Made by a program: the position numbers and the translations under genes | DNA from: an uncultured bacterium | Lineage (GTDB): Bacteria; Verrucomicrobiota; Verrucomicrobiia; Limisphaerales; UBA8199 | DNA: 64,000 bases | NCBI GenBank assembly: GCA_963749495.1 | Contig: CAVVMW010000023.1 | Coordinates: forward strand, 216,006-280,005 | Direction: 5' to 3' | Notes under the pieces: model-generated | Told to the model about the DNA's origin: nothing | The model's input: the letters and a program-made list of their open reading frames with translations, nothing else | The model's database searches: none | Shown: piece after piece, positions 17,001 through 26,795 of the stretch | Numbering within the stretch: the first letter of the stretch is position 1 | Layout: each line of letters opens with the position of its first letter

Positions 17001-19883
17001 ATGAATGTTTCGCTTCTGCCTGGCCCGGTCAGGTGCGCCATTGTGGCAGCATGTCTGCTCACAGGGATCGGCTTCGAGGGTGTGTGCGCGACTGTCGGCT
17101 TGAATCTGGCCGCTGCCTCGGCGGGCCTCGAGGCCAGCGCGGAGAGCGTGATCCCGCCCACACAACGCTGGTCTGCGGTCATCTCGCCGGACAATTCCCT
17201 CGAGTTTTACCTGGTGAAGGACCAGGCCCCGGTGGCCCGGCTTGGCCTGGGCGGCTGGGGACCGAATTGGCAGTGGGTCGGGGTGTCGTCCAAGGACAAA
17301 GCCGGCGGCCAAGGGCTTGACACCAGCGTGCCGTTCGTCGTGAACCAGGCGAGGGGCGAGGTCATCCAGATTCGGTTGCAGGTTGCGAAAACCGGGCCGC
17401 GGCAGGTCTCGTTCCGCTACGGGTTGAGCGCGGCCAAAGATGTTCCGATCACAATGGTCATGGCCGGCCTTGGCATAGATAAGGCCGTTGCGCGGGGCCA
17501 ATTGAGGGCCTTTCAAGCCAACGGACAACCGAGTGAGCGGCCACTGCCCTTTGGCCGGGGTTCGCTGCCGGCGACCTCGAACCTGGTGCTGCATTTGGAG
17601 AAGGGCGGAGACCTCGCTCTTGCCCTGGACCCGCCTTGCCTGATCGCGTTCGACGGCGATATGCGCATACTGCTGGCCTCGGAAGTGTTCAAAGCGGGTT
17701 CCCGCACCAATACGCTGACGGTTACATTCCCTGCCGAAACCGAATTTGTGGCCCGGCCCGAGGACCTCGCCCCGTTCATCCGGACCCTGGCCGGCCCGGA
17801 TTGGTTTGCGTTTGCGCCGACGGACGACCCCGGCCCGAGCGTCATCAGCATGAACCCGTGGCTGGACAAGCCGGCGGGCGCGCATGGCGGCGTGCGCATG
17901 GCGGGCGATCATTTCGAGTTCGAGGACAAGACGCCCGTCAAGTTCTGGGGAGTCAATCTCTCCTACGGCGGCGGCTGCGCGCCGGAGAAGAAGACCGCCG
18001 AGTTCACCGCCTCCCGCTTCGCCAACTACGGGGTCAACGGCGTGCGCCTGCACAAATTCTCATACCCTGCGGACCAGATGGGCATCGGCGACCTCAACGA
18101 CGCCACCCAAATGACGCCCGAGGGCCTGGACCGGCTCGATTACTTCGCGGCGCAGCTCAAGAGCAACGGAGTTTATTTCGGCTGGTCGCACACCTACGGC
18201 TTCCACGTCTGCCCCGGGAACCGCTCGCGCCTGCTGGCTTACGACGAAATCGAGCGCAACCTGAAGCGCAACACCTACGGGTTCATCAACTTTGCCGAGG
18301 ATGTCCAGGACCTGATGATCGAGATGGTGGTCAACCTGCTCGGGCACCGCAATCCTTACACCGGCCTCACGTACGCCCAGGAGCCGGCGCTCTCTTTCAT
18401 CGAACTGCAAAACGAGGACGACATCTTTTTCTACACCTCGGAAAAGGCCTTTGCCGCCTGTCCAACGTATCGCCGGCACTTTACCTCCCGTTTCTGCGAC
18501 TGGCTTCAGGCCAGGTATGGCACGGAGGAGAAGCTCAAGCAGGCTTGGGCCGAGGCGCTCAAGCCCGGCGAGAGCCTGGCGGCAAAGAACATCGAACCCC
18601 AGACCAACCCGTGGTTTTTTGGCCAGGACAATCTGCCCCGGCAGTCCGGCGGGCCGCGCCAGCGCCTGCTGGATGGCGCCGCCTGGCTGCACGAAACTCA
18701 AAACCGGTTCTATGCCCGCTTCACCAAGGCGATCCGCGATGCCGGCTACCAGGGGCCGCTCTGCGGCTCACCCTGGCAAGCGCCCGCCATGCTGCCGCAC
18801 TACTACAACCTTCGCTCAGATGCGTTGGTGGGCTACATCGACCGCCATGATTATTTTGGCGGAGCACTGTCCGATTCCATGCTGGCCCATCCGGGCAGCG
18901 GCTATTTTTCTGCCGGCTTGCAACAGTTGGCCAACCGGCCGTTCGGGTTGAGCGAATGGATTCACGTCTATCCCTCGCTCTACAGCGCCAAGGGCCCGGC
19001 CATCGTCGCGGCGTACGGCATGGGCCTGCAGGGCTGGGATGCCAGCTATGAATTCCAGGCCCAGGCCGCTCCCCGCCTCTTCAGCAACCGCGCCGGCTGG
19101 CCGCCCTGGGGCGTGTGGGAAGCCGACGTGCCGACCCAACTGGGCCAGTATCCGGCCCTGGCCCGAATGCTCTACCGCGGTGACGTGCGCCAGGGGGAGA
19201 TTATCTCGACGCGCCGCGTGAGCCCCGAGGAGCTTGCAACCGGCCGCTTCGGCTTTTCCGACACGGTGACGCAGGAAGGCGACATCAAGTCCTTCGGCGG
19301 CAGCGTGTCTCCGGAGGCTTTGGCCGCAGGGCGGGTCGTCCTCGAGTTCACCGACAGGCCACAGCCCTCGAACCTCCCGGACCTCGCGAAGTACCGGGCA
19401 GGCTCCGCGATCCTCTCCGGCACAGGCCAGCTTGCCTGGGACACCGCGCGCCGGGGCTTCTTCACGGTCAACACGCCGGGCACCAAGGCTGTCGTCGGTT
19501 TTGCCGAGGGCAAGGACCTCCGGCTCGGTGACGTCACCATCCGGCTCGCCTGCCCATACGCCTCCGTCTTCCTGACCGCCATGGACCGCAACGTCACGCT
19601 GGCGGACGCCAAGAGCGCCCTCCTTTGCGCTGTGGCGCGCAATTGCAACAGCGGCTTCAGGTATTTCACCCTCGATTCCCACACCCTGGACAACGGACAG
19701 GACCCCATCCTCCTCGAGCCCGTGCGGGCCACGCTTGCTATCTCCGGCCGGAGCGTCGCCGCGGTGAACGTCCTGGACCACAGCGGCCGCCGCACCGGCC
19801 AATCCCTGCCCGTCGCCTCGGGTCGTTTCAGTATCAACGGTGCGCATGACCGAACCCTCTATTACGAGGTCCTGTTCAAGTGA
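17001..19883 (+). CDS. Secreted clan GH-A (GH5-like) glycoside hydrolase with accessory beta-sandwich domains
   Basis: VKFWGVNLSYGG, YGVNGVRLHKF and SFIELQNEDDIFF (NE acid/base motif) indicate a (beta/alpha)8 GH-A fold. The ATG at 17001 gives the signal peptide MNVSLLPGPVRCAIVAACLLTGIGFEGVCA. The listed start at 16809 lies inside the palindromic repeat and is unlikely. Confidence 0.75.
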   Translation: MNVSLLPGPVRCAIVAACLLTGIGFEGVCATVGLNLAAASAGLEASAESVIPPTQRWSAVISPDNSLEFYLVKDQAPVARLGLGGWGPNWQWVGVSSKDKAGGQGLDTSVPFVVNQARGEVIQIRLQVAKTGPRQVSFRYGLSAAKDVPITMVMAGLGIDKAVARGQLRAFQANGQPSERPLPFGRGSLPATSNLVLHLEKGGDLALALDPPCLIAFDGDMRILLASEVFKAGSRTNTLTVTFPAETEFVARPEDLAPFIRTLAGPDWFAFAPTDDPGPSVISMNPWLDKPAGAHGGVRMAGDHFEFEDKTPVKFWGVNLSYGGGCAPEKKTAEFTASRFANYGVNGVRLHKFSYPADQMGIGDLNDATQMTPEGLDRLDYFAAQLKSNGVYFGWSHTYGFHVCPGNRSRLLAYDEIERNLKRNTYGFINFAEDVQDLMIEMVVNLLGHRNPYTGLTYAQEPALSFIELQNEDDIFFYTSEKAFAACPTYRRHFTSRFCDWLQARYGTEEKLKQAWAEALKPGESLAAKNIEPQTNPWFFGQDNLPRQSGGPRQRLLDGAAWLHETQNRFYARFTKAIRDAGYQGPLCGSPWQAPAMLPHYYNLRSDALVGYIDRHDYFGGALSDSMLAHPGSGYFSAGLQQLANRPFGLSEWIHVYPSLYSAKGPAIVAAYGMGLQGWDASYEFQAQAAPRLFSNRAGWPPWGVWEADVPTQLGQYPALARMLYRGDVRQGEIISTRRVSPEELATGRFGFSDTVTQEGDIKSFGGSVSPEALAAGRVVLEFTDRPQPSNLPDLAKYRAGSAILSGTGQLAWDTARRGFFTVNTPGTKAVVGFAEGKDLRLGDVTIRLACPYASVFLTAMDRNVTLADAKSALLCAVARNCNSGFRYFTLDSHTLDNGQDPILLEPVRATLAISGRSVAAVNVLDHSGRRTGQSLPVASGRFSINGAHDRTLYYEVLFK

Positions 19884-20944
19884 TCTCCCGTTTTTGCACT
19901 ATCCTGGGGCTTTGCCTCGCTCCGCCAATCGCTCTGCTCCAGGGCGAAGAGATGAGGCCGGAATTTGCCAAGCTGGCCCCGGCGGCGCCGTGCCCGGCCC
20001 TGGTGGAAGCTGCCCGGACCAACCATATCCCGATTGCCGGGTTGGATCCTCCCGGCCCGGCCGAGAGCCTTGAACCGGGCGACTCCACGACCGCTTTGAT
20101 CACGCTGTTTGAGAAGGGCGGACGGAAGACGCAGTGGCTCCTCTACGTCGAGGCCGCCGCGCCCACAGCCGAAGAGAAATCGCTCGGTCGGCGGGCGCCG
20201 ACAGTCTTGTACGTGGGGCCTGGAGACAAAGTGCAGTTCGCTCGTTGGTTGGCGCCGGTCACAATGCGGCTGCTCGGCCCCTTTGTGGAGGCGGACGGCA
20301 AAGGGAAGGCTGCGAGGGCGCAAGACAGAATCGCGCGCACCGTCGTGGACGGGGGCCTTCTTGGCGTTGGCCTGGACGAAGCTGCGGCGGCGATCCACCG
20401 GATGGCACAAACCAACCTGAAAGGCAGATTCCCGGTTCGCCGAGTACCATTCACCGAGGCCCAAGTTGCCGAGGGGCGCAAGACGGTCACCTTGCTGCAA
20501 CTGACTGCGAAGGAACAACGCGCGCTGGCCGGCTCGCCCCTGGCGCTGAGTTCCTACGTTCGCCTCGTCCAGCAAACTCCGGGCCTTGATCACCTATTCT
20601 ATAAAATCGTGGAACCACCATCGGTTTGGTCAGTCGCGCGGCATCTCGGCGTGAAGGTCTCTCTCGACCTCGAAAGAGAACACCTCGCCCCGGCAGACGC
20701 AGGCGCATGGAATTTGCCACCCGGCACGCGGGCCTACCATTTTCCACTGGCCATTCGGATGAATGGCCAGCCTGCGCTCATTGCCACCCTGGTGGTGGCG
20801 CCCGCGCGTCCGCCTTTGCTGGCCTGCGGCGGCATCGTTGGTCTGCTTGCCGAGAGGCCCAACGACAAAGACACTTATTTGACCCTGCGAATTATCAGCG
20901 CTCACTCCCGCGCCAGTCCTTGCAGGAAGGCAGCATTGGATTAG
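19880..20944 (+). CDS. Hypothetical secreted protein
   Basis: The GTG start overlaps the upstream stop (GTGA, 19880-19883). Signal peptide MISRFCTILGLCLAPPIALLQG. No family recognised. Confidence 0.65.
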   Translation: MISRFCTILGLCLAPPIALLQGEEMRPEFAKLAPAAPCPALVEAARTNHIPIAGLDPPGPAESLEPGDSTTALITLFEKGGRKTQWLLYVEAAAPTAEEKSLGRRAPTVLYVGPGDKVQFARWLAPVTMRLLGPFVEADGKGKAARAQDRIARTVVDGGLLGVGLDEAAAAIHRMAQTNLKGRFPVRRVPFTEAQVAEGRKTVTLLQLTAKEQRALAGSPLALSSYVRLVQQTPGLDHLFYKIVEPPSVWSVARHLGVKVSLDLEREHLAPADAGAWNLPPGTRAYHFPLAIRMNGQPALIATLVVAPARPPLLACGGIVGLLAERPNDKDTYLTLRIISAHSRASPCRKAALD

Positions 20945-21410
20945 GCGCTATTATGAAAGATTCCATCGCTGCAAATCGCGCCCGGCTGCTCAAGGGCATT
21001 TTCCCGGAGGGAGTTCCCCTCTTGTGGTGCGCGACGGCCGGCCCGTGGCGGCGCAAGATGTCCTGAGCGGCAGGCAGGTGGACGCTCCGTTCACCCTTGC
21101 GCCTCTTGAGGTGCGATTGCTCAAACTCCGGTGAACCGGACCTGGCGACTGGGTTATTGGAGTAATGGGTTGATGGATTATTGGATAGCGCTTCGCGAGT
21201 CGAGACCAGGTTGCCGGACCAGAGAAAGCGAACATGGGTGCGCGGGTGTGAGCACTTTCAGGTTCCGGGCGTGGTGAGTTTCGGCAGGGTCTCTAAGCCG
21301 GACATCGCTCCCGCAGGGCGGGACGAGCATGGTGGCGCGAGTCCAATTCGGGAATTTTCGAAATCTTTTTAGTTGAGTATGCCCGAAAGAAGCCGCAGTA
21401 TTGTCTGCCT

Positions 21411-21710
21411 GTGATACGTCGTCTGTACATTCATAATTTCAGGTGCCTGGAGAATTTCGAATTGCCCCTCGCTGGCCACTCGTCGGTCCTGCTGATGGGA
21501 AAAAACGGCGCGGGAAAGACGACTGTGGGTCTTGCGCTCGAAGATTCTGCAAAGGATCGCTCGAGGAACGAACCGAATAAGCACCCTTGTCACCCCAAAG
21601 GACTTCGCACGCGGCCGCTCGGATGTTCCCATCCGGTTCGAAATCGAGATCGAGTTGGGAGCCAAGATTTACGAGTTCATTCTCGCATTCGAGCTCCCAG
21701 AGGGCTTTAA
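21411..21710 (+). CDS. ABC-type (AAA_15/AAA_21-like) ATPase, N-terminal segment
   Basis: MIRRLYIHNFRCLENFELPL...LLMGKNGAGKTTVGLALE has the N-terminal beta-strand and Walker A typical of OLD/AriA/RecF-like ABC ATPases. The frame is lost near 21543. Confidence 0.8.
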   Translation: MIRRLYIHNFRCLENFELPLAGHSSVLLMGKNGAGKTTVGLALEDSAKDRSRNEPNKHPCHPKGLRTRPLGCSHPVRNRDRVGSQDLRVHSRIRAPRGL

Positions 21711-22518
21711 GGAACTTCGTGTGCTTCAGGAGAGGCTTGCCGTTGACGGCAAACCCGTGTACACGCGAGACAAGGCTCAAGTGCATCTTGCCAGGACAAG
21801 CCAGGATAAGGAGGCGAAATTCCTCATTGACTGGCATCTAGTTGCTCTTCCAATCGTTCAGGAAACTTCCGCCAACGATCCGTTGCTCATTTTCAAGCAA
21901 TGGCTCGGTCGAATGCTCGTTCTTCGGCCGGTGCCCAGCTTGATTTCGGGTGACTCAAAGGAGGAGCAATTGCAGCCTAACGTGCAGGTTACGGACTTCG
22001 GCGCGTGGTTTTCAGGCCTGCTGGCCTACTCACCGGCGGCATATTCAAGAATCGACCAATACCTCAGACAGATTATGCCGGATTTGAAAGACATCAAGAA
22101 TCCGGTGGTTGGCAAGGATTTCAGAAGTCTCACGGTACAGTTCTCCAATCAGAACGGAACTCTGAGCGTACCGTTCGAGGATCTGTCGGACGGTGAGAAA
22201 TGTTTCATGATTTGCGCTGTGACCCTTGGCGCGAACGACGCCTACGGCCCAGTGCTGTGTTTCTGGGACGAACCGGATAATTACCTGGCATTGTCTGAGG
22301 TCGGACATTTTGTGATGGCGCTCCGCAGGGGATTCCAGTCGGGAGGCCAGTTTATCGCGACCTCCCACAACCCCGAGGCCGTGCGCCGTTTTTCCGACGA
22401 GAACACGTTCCTTCTCGTTCGGAAAAGCCACCTTGAGCCTACGACGGTCCGGGTCCTGAGCCAGATTGTGAAGGGGGATCTTGTCAGTGCGTTGGTGCAA
22501 GGCGACCTGGAACCATGA
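21532..22518 (+). CDS. Same ATPase, C-terminal segment
   Basis: Continues after the Walker A segment (…GLALE|ILQRIARG…). ABC signature-like LSDGEK, Walker B VLCFWDEPDNYL, H-loop ATSHNPE. Confidence 0.8.
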   Translation: MRSKILQRIARGTNRISTLVTPKDFARGRSDVPIRFEIEIELGAKIYEFILAFELPEGFKELRVLQERLAVDGKPVYTRDKAQVHLARTSQDKEAKFLIDWHLVALPIVQETSANDPLLIFKQWLGRMLVLRPVPSLISGDSKEEQLQPNVQVTDFGAWFSGLLAYSPAAYSRIDQYLRQIMPDLKDIKNPVVGKDFRSLTVQFSNQNGTLSVPFEDLSDGEKCFMICAVTLGANDAYGPVLCFWDEPDNYLALSEVGHFVMALRRGFQSGGQFIATSHNPEAVRRFSDENTFLLVRKSHLEPTTVRVLSQIVKGDLVSALVQGDLEP

Positions 22519-23006
22519 GCGTGAACAGGCATCAGCCGCATGTGTATGTCCTTCCCGAGGACGATGCCAACCGCCAACTGGCGAACGGCTTCCTCCTGCA
22601 CCCGGACCTTCTGGCTCGGAACATTCAGGTGCTTCCAGAGGTCGGTGGCTGGCATGAGGTATTGAGGCATTTCAAATCAGATTACGCCCACGGGATGGAA
22701 CGCTATGAGGAGGGATTTATGGTTCTTTTAATCGACTTCGACGGCGATGAAACGCGCCTCGCCGATGCGCAAGCTTGCATTCCGCCTTCGCTGAAAAATA
22801 GAGTTTTTGTTATCGGCGCATTAACACAGCCCGAGGGCCTCCGAGCGCAACTCGGTTCCTACGAAACGATCGGTCTGGCGTTGGCCAAGGATTGCCGCGA
22901 AAATACCAATGCGGCCTGGGGGTCGGATCTTCTCCGGCACAATGCAACGGAGCTTAAGCGTCTGCGCCAGCACGTCTTCCCCATCTTGTTTGCCCGAGCA
23001 GCCTGA
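22515..23006 (+). CDS. Small DUF4276-like / Toprim-like partner protein
   Basis: ATGA start/stop overlap with the ATPase gene. HVYVLPEDDANRQLANGFL (acidic E/D after a beta-strand), then MVLLIDFDGDE (DxD) and RVFVIGALTQPEGL, are colinear with my recollection of the DUF4276 consensus (…lvEg.sd…, …vv.D.D…, …i….ElE.w). Assignment is from memory. Confidence 0.55.
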   Translation: MSVNRHQPHVYVLPEDDANRQLANGFLLHPDLLARNIQVLPEVGGWHEVLRHFKSDYAHGMERYEEGFMVLLIDFDGDETRLADAQACIPPSLKNRVFVIGALTQPEGLRAQLGSYETIGLALAKDCRENTNAAWGSDLLRHNATELKRLRQHVFPILFARAA

Positions 23007-23242
23007 AAGCAATCGCTTGAGGCACCAGTGTGCGAATTCATCAATCCGGGTTCGATAAGCAGATTGAGGGCAGCCTGCGAGAGGCGGAAAGGCTGGCGGC
23101 AGAGGCGAACGACTCTCCTCTCCGGCAGCGGTTGGGGCGGCTTGGGAAGCTGCCGTGAGCATCCCGCTCTACATGGATGTCCGTGTCCCCGCTCCTTTTT
23201 TTCTGTCCCGACGCCCTCCGGGGCGGCTATCCTCGATGCGCC

Positions 23243-23638
23243 ATGAAAAAGCAAGTTCCCATGAATGTTTTCGCTGCGACGGCCGCCTGGCTTCTGATTC
23301 TGGGCTCCGCGTCCACCGGCCAGGTTCCCGCCCCTCGCATCGTGCATCGGACCGTTGACCTCCGCGTCGGCGAGGCCCAGGACGTTACGCTCTCCGACGG
23401 AAGGACGGTTCAGGTCAAACTCCTGGACCTCCAGGAACGCCGGGACGAGGTCAATGGTGCCGTCCGGCAGGCCGAGGTCCGAGTCGAGGTGGACGGGCAA
23501 GTCACGAACCTCACGAGCGGGACGTACCATTTGCCGGTGACTTTCGGGAGCGTGCAGATCGACTGCCCGATCACCAAGGGATACCTCGAGAAAGCGGGGG
23601 ACAGAACCCCTGGGGGCTGCTCAAGGACGCGCGCCTGA
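23243..23638 (+). CDS. M23 peptidase, N-terminal segment with signal peptide
   Basis: MKKQVPMNVFAATAAWLLILGSASTGQ signal peptide. The frame is lost at the G5 run 23596-23600. Correction joins ...GYLEKAGG to QNPWGLLKDARLRLWPAGSPWIPRDTF...MANEPVYVDGG. Confidence 0.7.
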   Translation: MKKQVPMNVFAATAAWLLILGSASTGQVPAPRIVHRTVDLRVGEAQDVTLSDGRTVQVKLLDLQERRDEVNGAVRQAEVRVEVDGQVTNLTSGTYHLPVTFGSVQIDCPITKGYLEKAGDRTPGGCSRTRA

Positions 23639-23724
23639 GGCTTTGGCCTGCGGGGTCTCCCTGGATCCCTCGGGACACTTTCGTTTACCCCGCCAGGCAG
23701 CGGTGGTTCGCGAGCTTCACGCAG

Positions 23725-24735
23725 ATGGCGAACGAGCCGGTCTATGTGGATGGGGGCGAACTGCCGGCGAAGAAGGAGATCTACTACCACTTCGGACTGG
23801 ACATCGGCGGCTCCGAAGGGCTGGTCGATGTGGTGTCGGCCACGGAGGGCATTGTCACTTCCTCCGGGAACGAGGTGCTGGCCGGCCAGGCGCCGGATGC
23901 GCCGGCCGAACCCCGCTACGACAACGTTTATATCCTCGATGCCCGTGGCTGGTATTGCCGGTACAGCCACCTCAAATTCATCGAGCCGGCGGTGCGGCCG
24001 GGCGCGCGGATAGCCCTGGGCCAGAAGCTCGGGGTACTGGGCAAGGAAGGAGGCAGCGGCGGCTGGTCCCATTTGCATTTCGACATCTGGGCCCGCCAGC
24101 CCTCGGGGCTGTGGGGCATCGAAGAGGGATACGCCTTTCTCTGGCAGGCCTATGAGCAGGAACATCCGCGCGAACTGGTCGCCGTGGCCCGGCCCCATGC
24201 CCTGGTGTGGGCGGGCCAGAAGGTCACGCTGGACGGTTCGCGTTCCCGGGGGCAGGGTCTGCGCCATGAGTGGAGGTTCACCGAGGGGGGAAGCGCGAGC
24301 GGAGAGCGCGTCGAGCGCACATACAACACGCCGGGCACTTATTGCGAAACCCTCAAGGCCACGGACGCGGCGGGCCGGGTCGATTACGATTTCATGGCCG
24401 TCCAGGTGATCAACCGGGCCCATCCGGACCAGCCCCCGCCGACGATTCACGCCAATTATGCGCCGACGTTCGGGATCCGGCCGGGTGATCCGGTGGTTTT
24501 CAAAGTGCGCACGTTCCGGGACAAGGCGGGCGGGGAAACCTGGGACTTCGGTGACGGCACTCCCCCTGTCCGAGTGAAATCAGATGCGAACTTGGACCGC
24601 CAGGCACCCAATGGCTACGCCGAGGCGAGGCACGTGTATGAAAAACCCGGCCATTACCTGGTGAGCGTCGAACACGTCAGCGCCGAGGGGGTCCGGGCGG
24701 TGGCTCGCCTGCAAGTGCGAGTGGGCATTGAGTGA
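23725..24735 (+). CDS. M23 (LytM-type) metallopeptidase + PKD domain, C-terminal segment
   Basis: HFGLDIGG (HxxxD) and WSHLHFDI (HxH) are M23 zinc ligands. A PKD-like module follows (RHEWRFTEGGSASGERVERTYNTPGTYCETLKATDAAGRVDYDFMAVQV). The frame is open and homologous from approx 23596. Confidence 0.85.
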   Translation: MANEPVYVDGGELPAKKEIYYHFGLDIGGSEGLVDVVSATEGIVTSSGNEVLAGQAPDAPAEPRYDNVYILDARGWYCRYSHLKFIEPAVRPGARIALGQKLGVLGKEGGSGGWSHLHFDIWARQPSGLWGIEEGYAFLWQAYEQEHPRELVAVARPHALVWAGQKVTLDGSRSRGQGLRHEWRFTEGGSASGERVERTYNTPGTYCETLKATDAAGRVDYDFMAVQVINRAHPDQPPPTIHANYAPTFGIRPGDPVVFKVRTFRDKAGGETWDFGDGTPPVRVKSDANLDRQAPNGYAEARHVYEKPGHYLVSVEHVSAEGVRAVARLQVRVGIE

Positions 24736-24777
24736 CGGCAACTGCCGTTCTTGAGAGTCTTCATCATCATACGCATG

Positions 24778-24806
24778 TTGACATCCTCGGGGCCATCAGT
24801 TTAATT
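24778..24806 (+). promoter_or_regulatory. Sigma70-like promoter candidate for the giant gene
   Basis: TTGACA (24778-24783), 17 nt, TTAATT (24801-24806), in an AT-richer patch 55 nt upstream of the ATG at 24861. Confidence 0.3.
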
Positions 24807-24860
24807 TTGTTGCCGCTGTTTCTGTTTGCTGTTTGCGAATGCTGTAAACACCTCTTTCCT

Positions 24861-26795
24861 ATGAGAAGAATCCTCACCCAAGCACTCGGACTTGTGCCCT
24901 TGGTTTTGTTCTGGAGTTGGTGTCCGATGCTGGCCCCTTTCGACGCCAGAGCCGCCGTCGTCACCTTTACCCAGGACACGCTCATTGACGTTGGCAACAG
25001 CAGTTTTGACGGCCAGGATATCGTCGTCCAGGCTTGCACTGTGACGGCGAACGGAGTTCATGCATTCAATAGCGTCCAGGTGGTCGGCGGTGGCGTGTTG
25101 ACGCATCAGCCTACGACACCGGCGCAGGAGTATTCACTGGTCCTGGCGATTGTGAGCAATCTCGTCGTGGACGCCGCTTCGAGAATTGACGTATCCGGAC
25201 GTGGTTACGCAAATGATGGCGCCTTGGGCGCCCTTACCCTGGGCAACACCAACACTGGAGCAGCCTCGGGCCGGTCGGGTGGCTCATACGGTGGTCTTGG
25301 GGCGCCTGCCTCGGGCGGACAGGCCAACTCGACCTACGGCGACTACCACAATCCCAATGAGCTGGGCTCGGCCGGGGCTGGAACCGATGCCAACGGCGGC
25401 GCGGGCGGCGGGTTGGTGCGCATTAGCGCTGCCAGCGCCCACATTGACGGAGCACTTCTGGCGAATGGGGCCAACGCGGTGGATAGTGGTGACTATGGCG
25501 GAGGCGGGGGCAGCGGCGGAGGCGTATGGCTGCATGTGGGCAGTCTGAGCGGCGGTGGCCTGATTGCCGCCAACGGGGGCGGGCCGGCCACCTGGGGTGC
25601 CGCAGGCGGGGGTGGCCGGGTGGCAGTTTACTACGGCACAGCCAACGGCTTTGATCTGACCAACCAGGTGACCGTGCATGGCGCCAATGGCAATGGCACG
25701 GGTTCGGTGGGGACGGTGTATCTGAAAGAAAGCGGGGCGGTGGGCGAATTGCTGCTGGCCAGCCATGGCACCCCGGCGGGATTGTGGACTCCCTTGGGCC
25801 TGGCAACCGACTCGGTGTTTCAGGTGGAGAACTTGGTGATTGCCGGGACGAATGTGGTCGCGGCCACGGCGCGCGAGATGCCCATCCAAGCCAACGCGGT
25901 CGCGGTCCTCGATGGGGCGGTGTTGACGCACCAGCCAACAACGCTGACGCAGGAGTTCTCCTTGCAGTTGACCATCACTAACGGTCTGCTGGTGGACAGC
26001 AACTCGGTAATTGACGTGTCGGGGCGTGGTTACGTGAATGATGGCACCTTGGGCGCCCTTACCCTGGGCAACACCAACACTGGAGCAGCCTCGGGCCGGT
26101 CGGGTGGCTCATACGGTGGTCTTGGGGCGCCTGCCTCGGGCGGACAGGGCAACTCGACCTACGGCGACTACCACAATCCCAATGAACTGGGCTCGGCCGG
26201 GGCTGGAGCCCAGGCCAACGGCGGCGCGGGCGGCGGGTTGGCGCGCATCAGTGCCGCCAGCGTCCAGATCGACGGAGCACTCCTGGCGAATGGCGCCAAC
26301 GCGGTGGATAGTGGTGACTATGGCGGAGGCGGGGGCAGCGGCGGAGGCGTATGGCTGCATGTGGGCAGTCTGAGCGGCAGTGGACTGATTGCCGCCAATG
26401 GCGGTGGTCCGGCCATCTGGGGTGCCGCAGGCGGGGGTGGCCGGGTGGCGATTTACTATGGCACAGCCAACGGCTTTGATCTGACCAATCGGGTGACCGC
26501 GCATGGCGCCAATGGCAATGGCACGGGCTCGGTGGGAACGGTGTATCTGAAAGAAAGCGGGGCGGTGGGCGAATTGCTGCTGGCCAGCCATGGCACCCCG
26601 GCGGGATTGTGGACTCCCTTGGGCCTGGCAACCGACTCGGTGTTTCAGGTGGAGAACTTGGTGATTGCCGGGACGAATGTGGTCGCGGCGCCGGCGCATG
26701 AGATGCCGATCCAAGCCGGTTCGATCGCGGTGGTGAACGGGGCGATGTTGACGCACCAGCCAACGACAACGACGCAGGGTACTCCCTGCCGCTGA
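24861..26795 (+). CDS. Giant repeat/RHS surface protein, segment 1 of 5
   Basis: The ATG at 24861 gives the signal-like N-terminus MRRILTQALGLVPLVLFWSWCPMLAPFDARA. The listed GTG at 24732 lies upstream of the promoter-like site. This segment contains tandem units 1-2 and the start of unit 3 (VLTHQPTT...VDVSGRGY.NDG.LGALTLGNTNTGAASGRSGGSYGGLGAP...GGGGGSGGGVWLHVGSLSGGGLIAANGG...GGGGRVA.YYG). Confidence 0.8.
   Translation: MRRILTQALGLVPLVLFWSWCPMLAPFDARAAVVTFTQDTLIDVGNSSFDGQDIVVQACTVTANGVHAFNSVQVVGGGVLTHQPTTPAQEYSLVLAIVSNLVVDAASRIDVSGRGYANDGALGALTLGNTNTGAASGRSGGSYGGLGAPASGGQANSTYGDYHNPNELGSAGAGTDANGGAGGGLVRISAASAHIDGALLANGANAVDSGDYGGGGGSGGGVWLHVGSLSGGGLIAANGGGPATWGAAGGGGRVAVYYGTANGFDLTNQVTVHGANGNGTGSVGTVYLKESGAVGELLLASHGTPAGLWTPLGLATDSVFQVENLVIAGTNVVAATAREMPIQANAVAVLDGAVLTHQPTTLTQEFSLQLTITNGLLVDSNSVIDVSGRGYVNDGTLGALTLGNTNTGAASGRSGGSYGGLGAPASGGQGNSTYGDYHNPNELGSAGAGAQANGGAGGGLARISAASVQIDGALLANGANAVDSGDYGGGGGSGGGVWLHVGSLSGSGLIAANGGGPAIWGAAGGGGRVAIYYGTANGFDLTNRVTAHGANGNGTGSVGTVYLKESGAVGELLLASHGTPAGLWTPLGLATDSVFQVENLVIAGTNVVAAPAHEMPIQAGSIAVVNGAMLTHQPTTTTQGTPCR

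Noticed and set aside
15802-18053. Long minus-strand ORFs 15802..16932 (376 aa) and 16803..18053 (416 aa)
   Set aside because: They are antisense to the LolA-like and GH5-like genes, which carry clear family motifs and signal peptides. The antisense translations are low-complexity Arg/Gly/Pro.
20953-21066. 37-aa ORF MKDSIAANRARLLKGIFPEGVPLLWC... as an independent gene
   Set aside because: It is too short, with no RBS or known small-protein family. It is used only as weak evidence for a truncated older gene next to the ATPase cassette.
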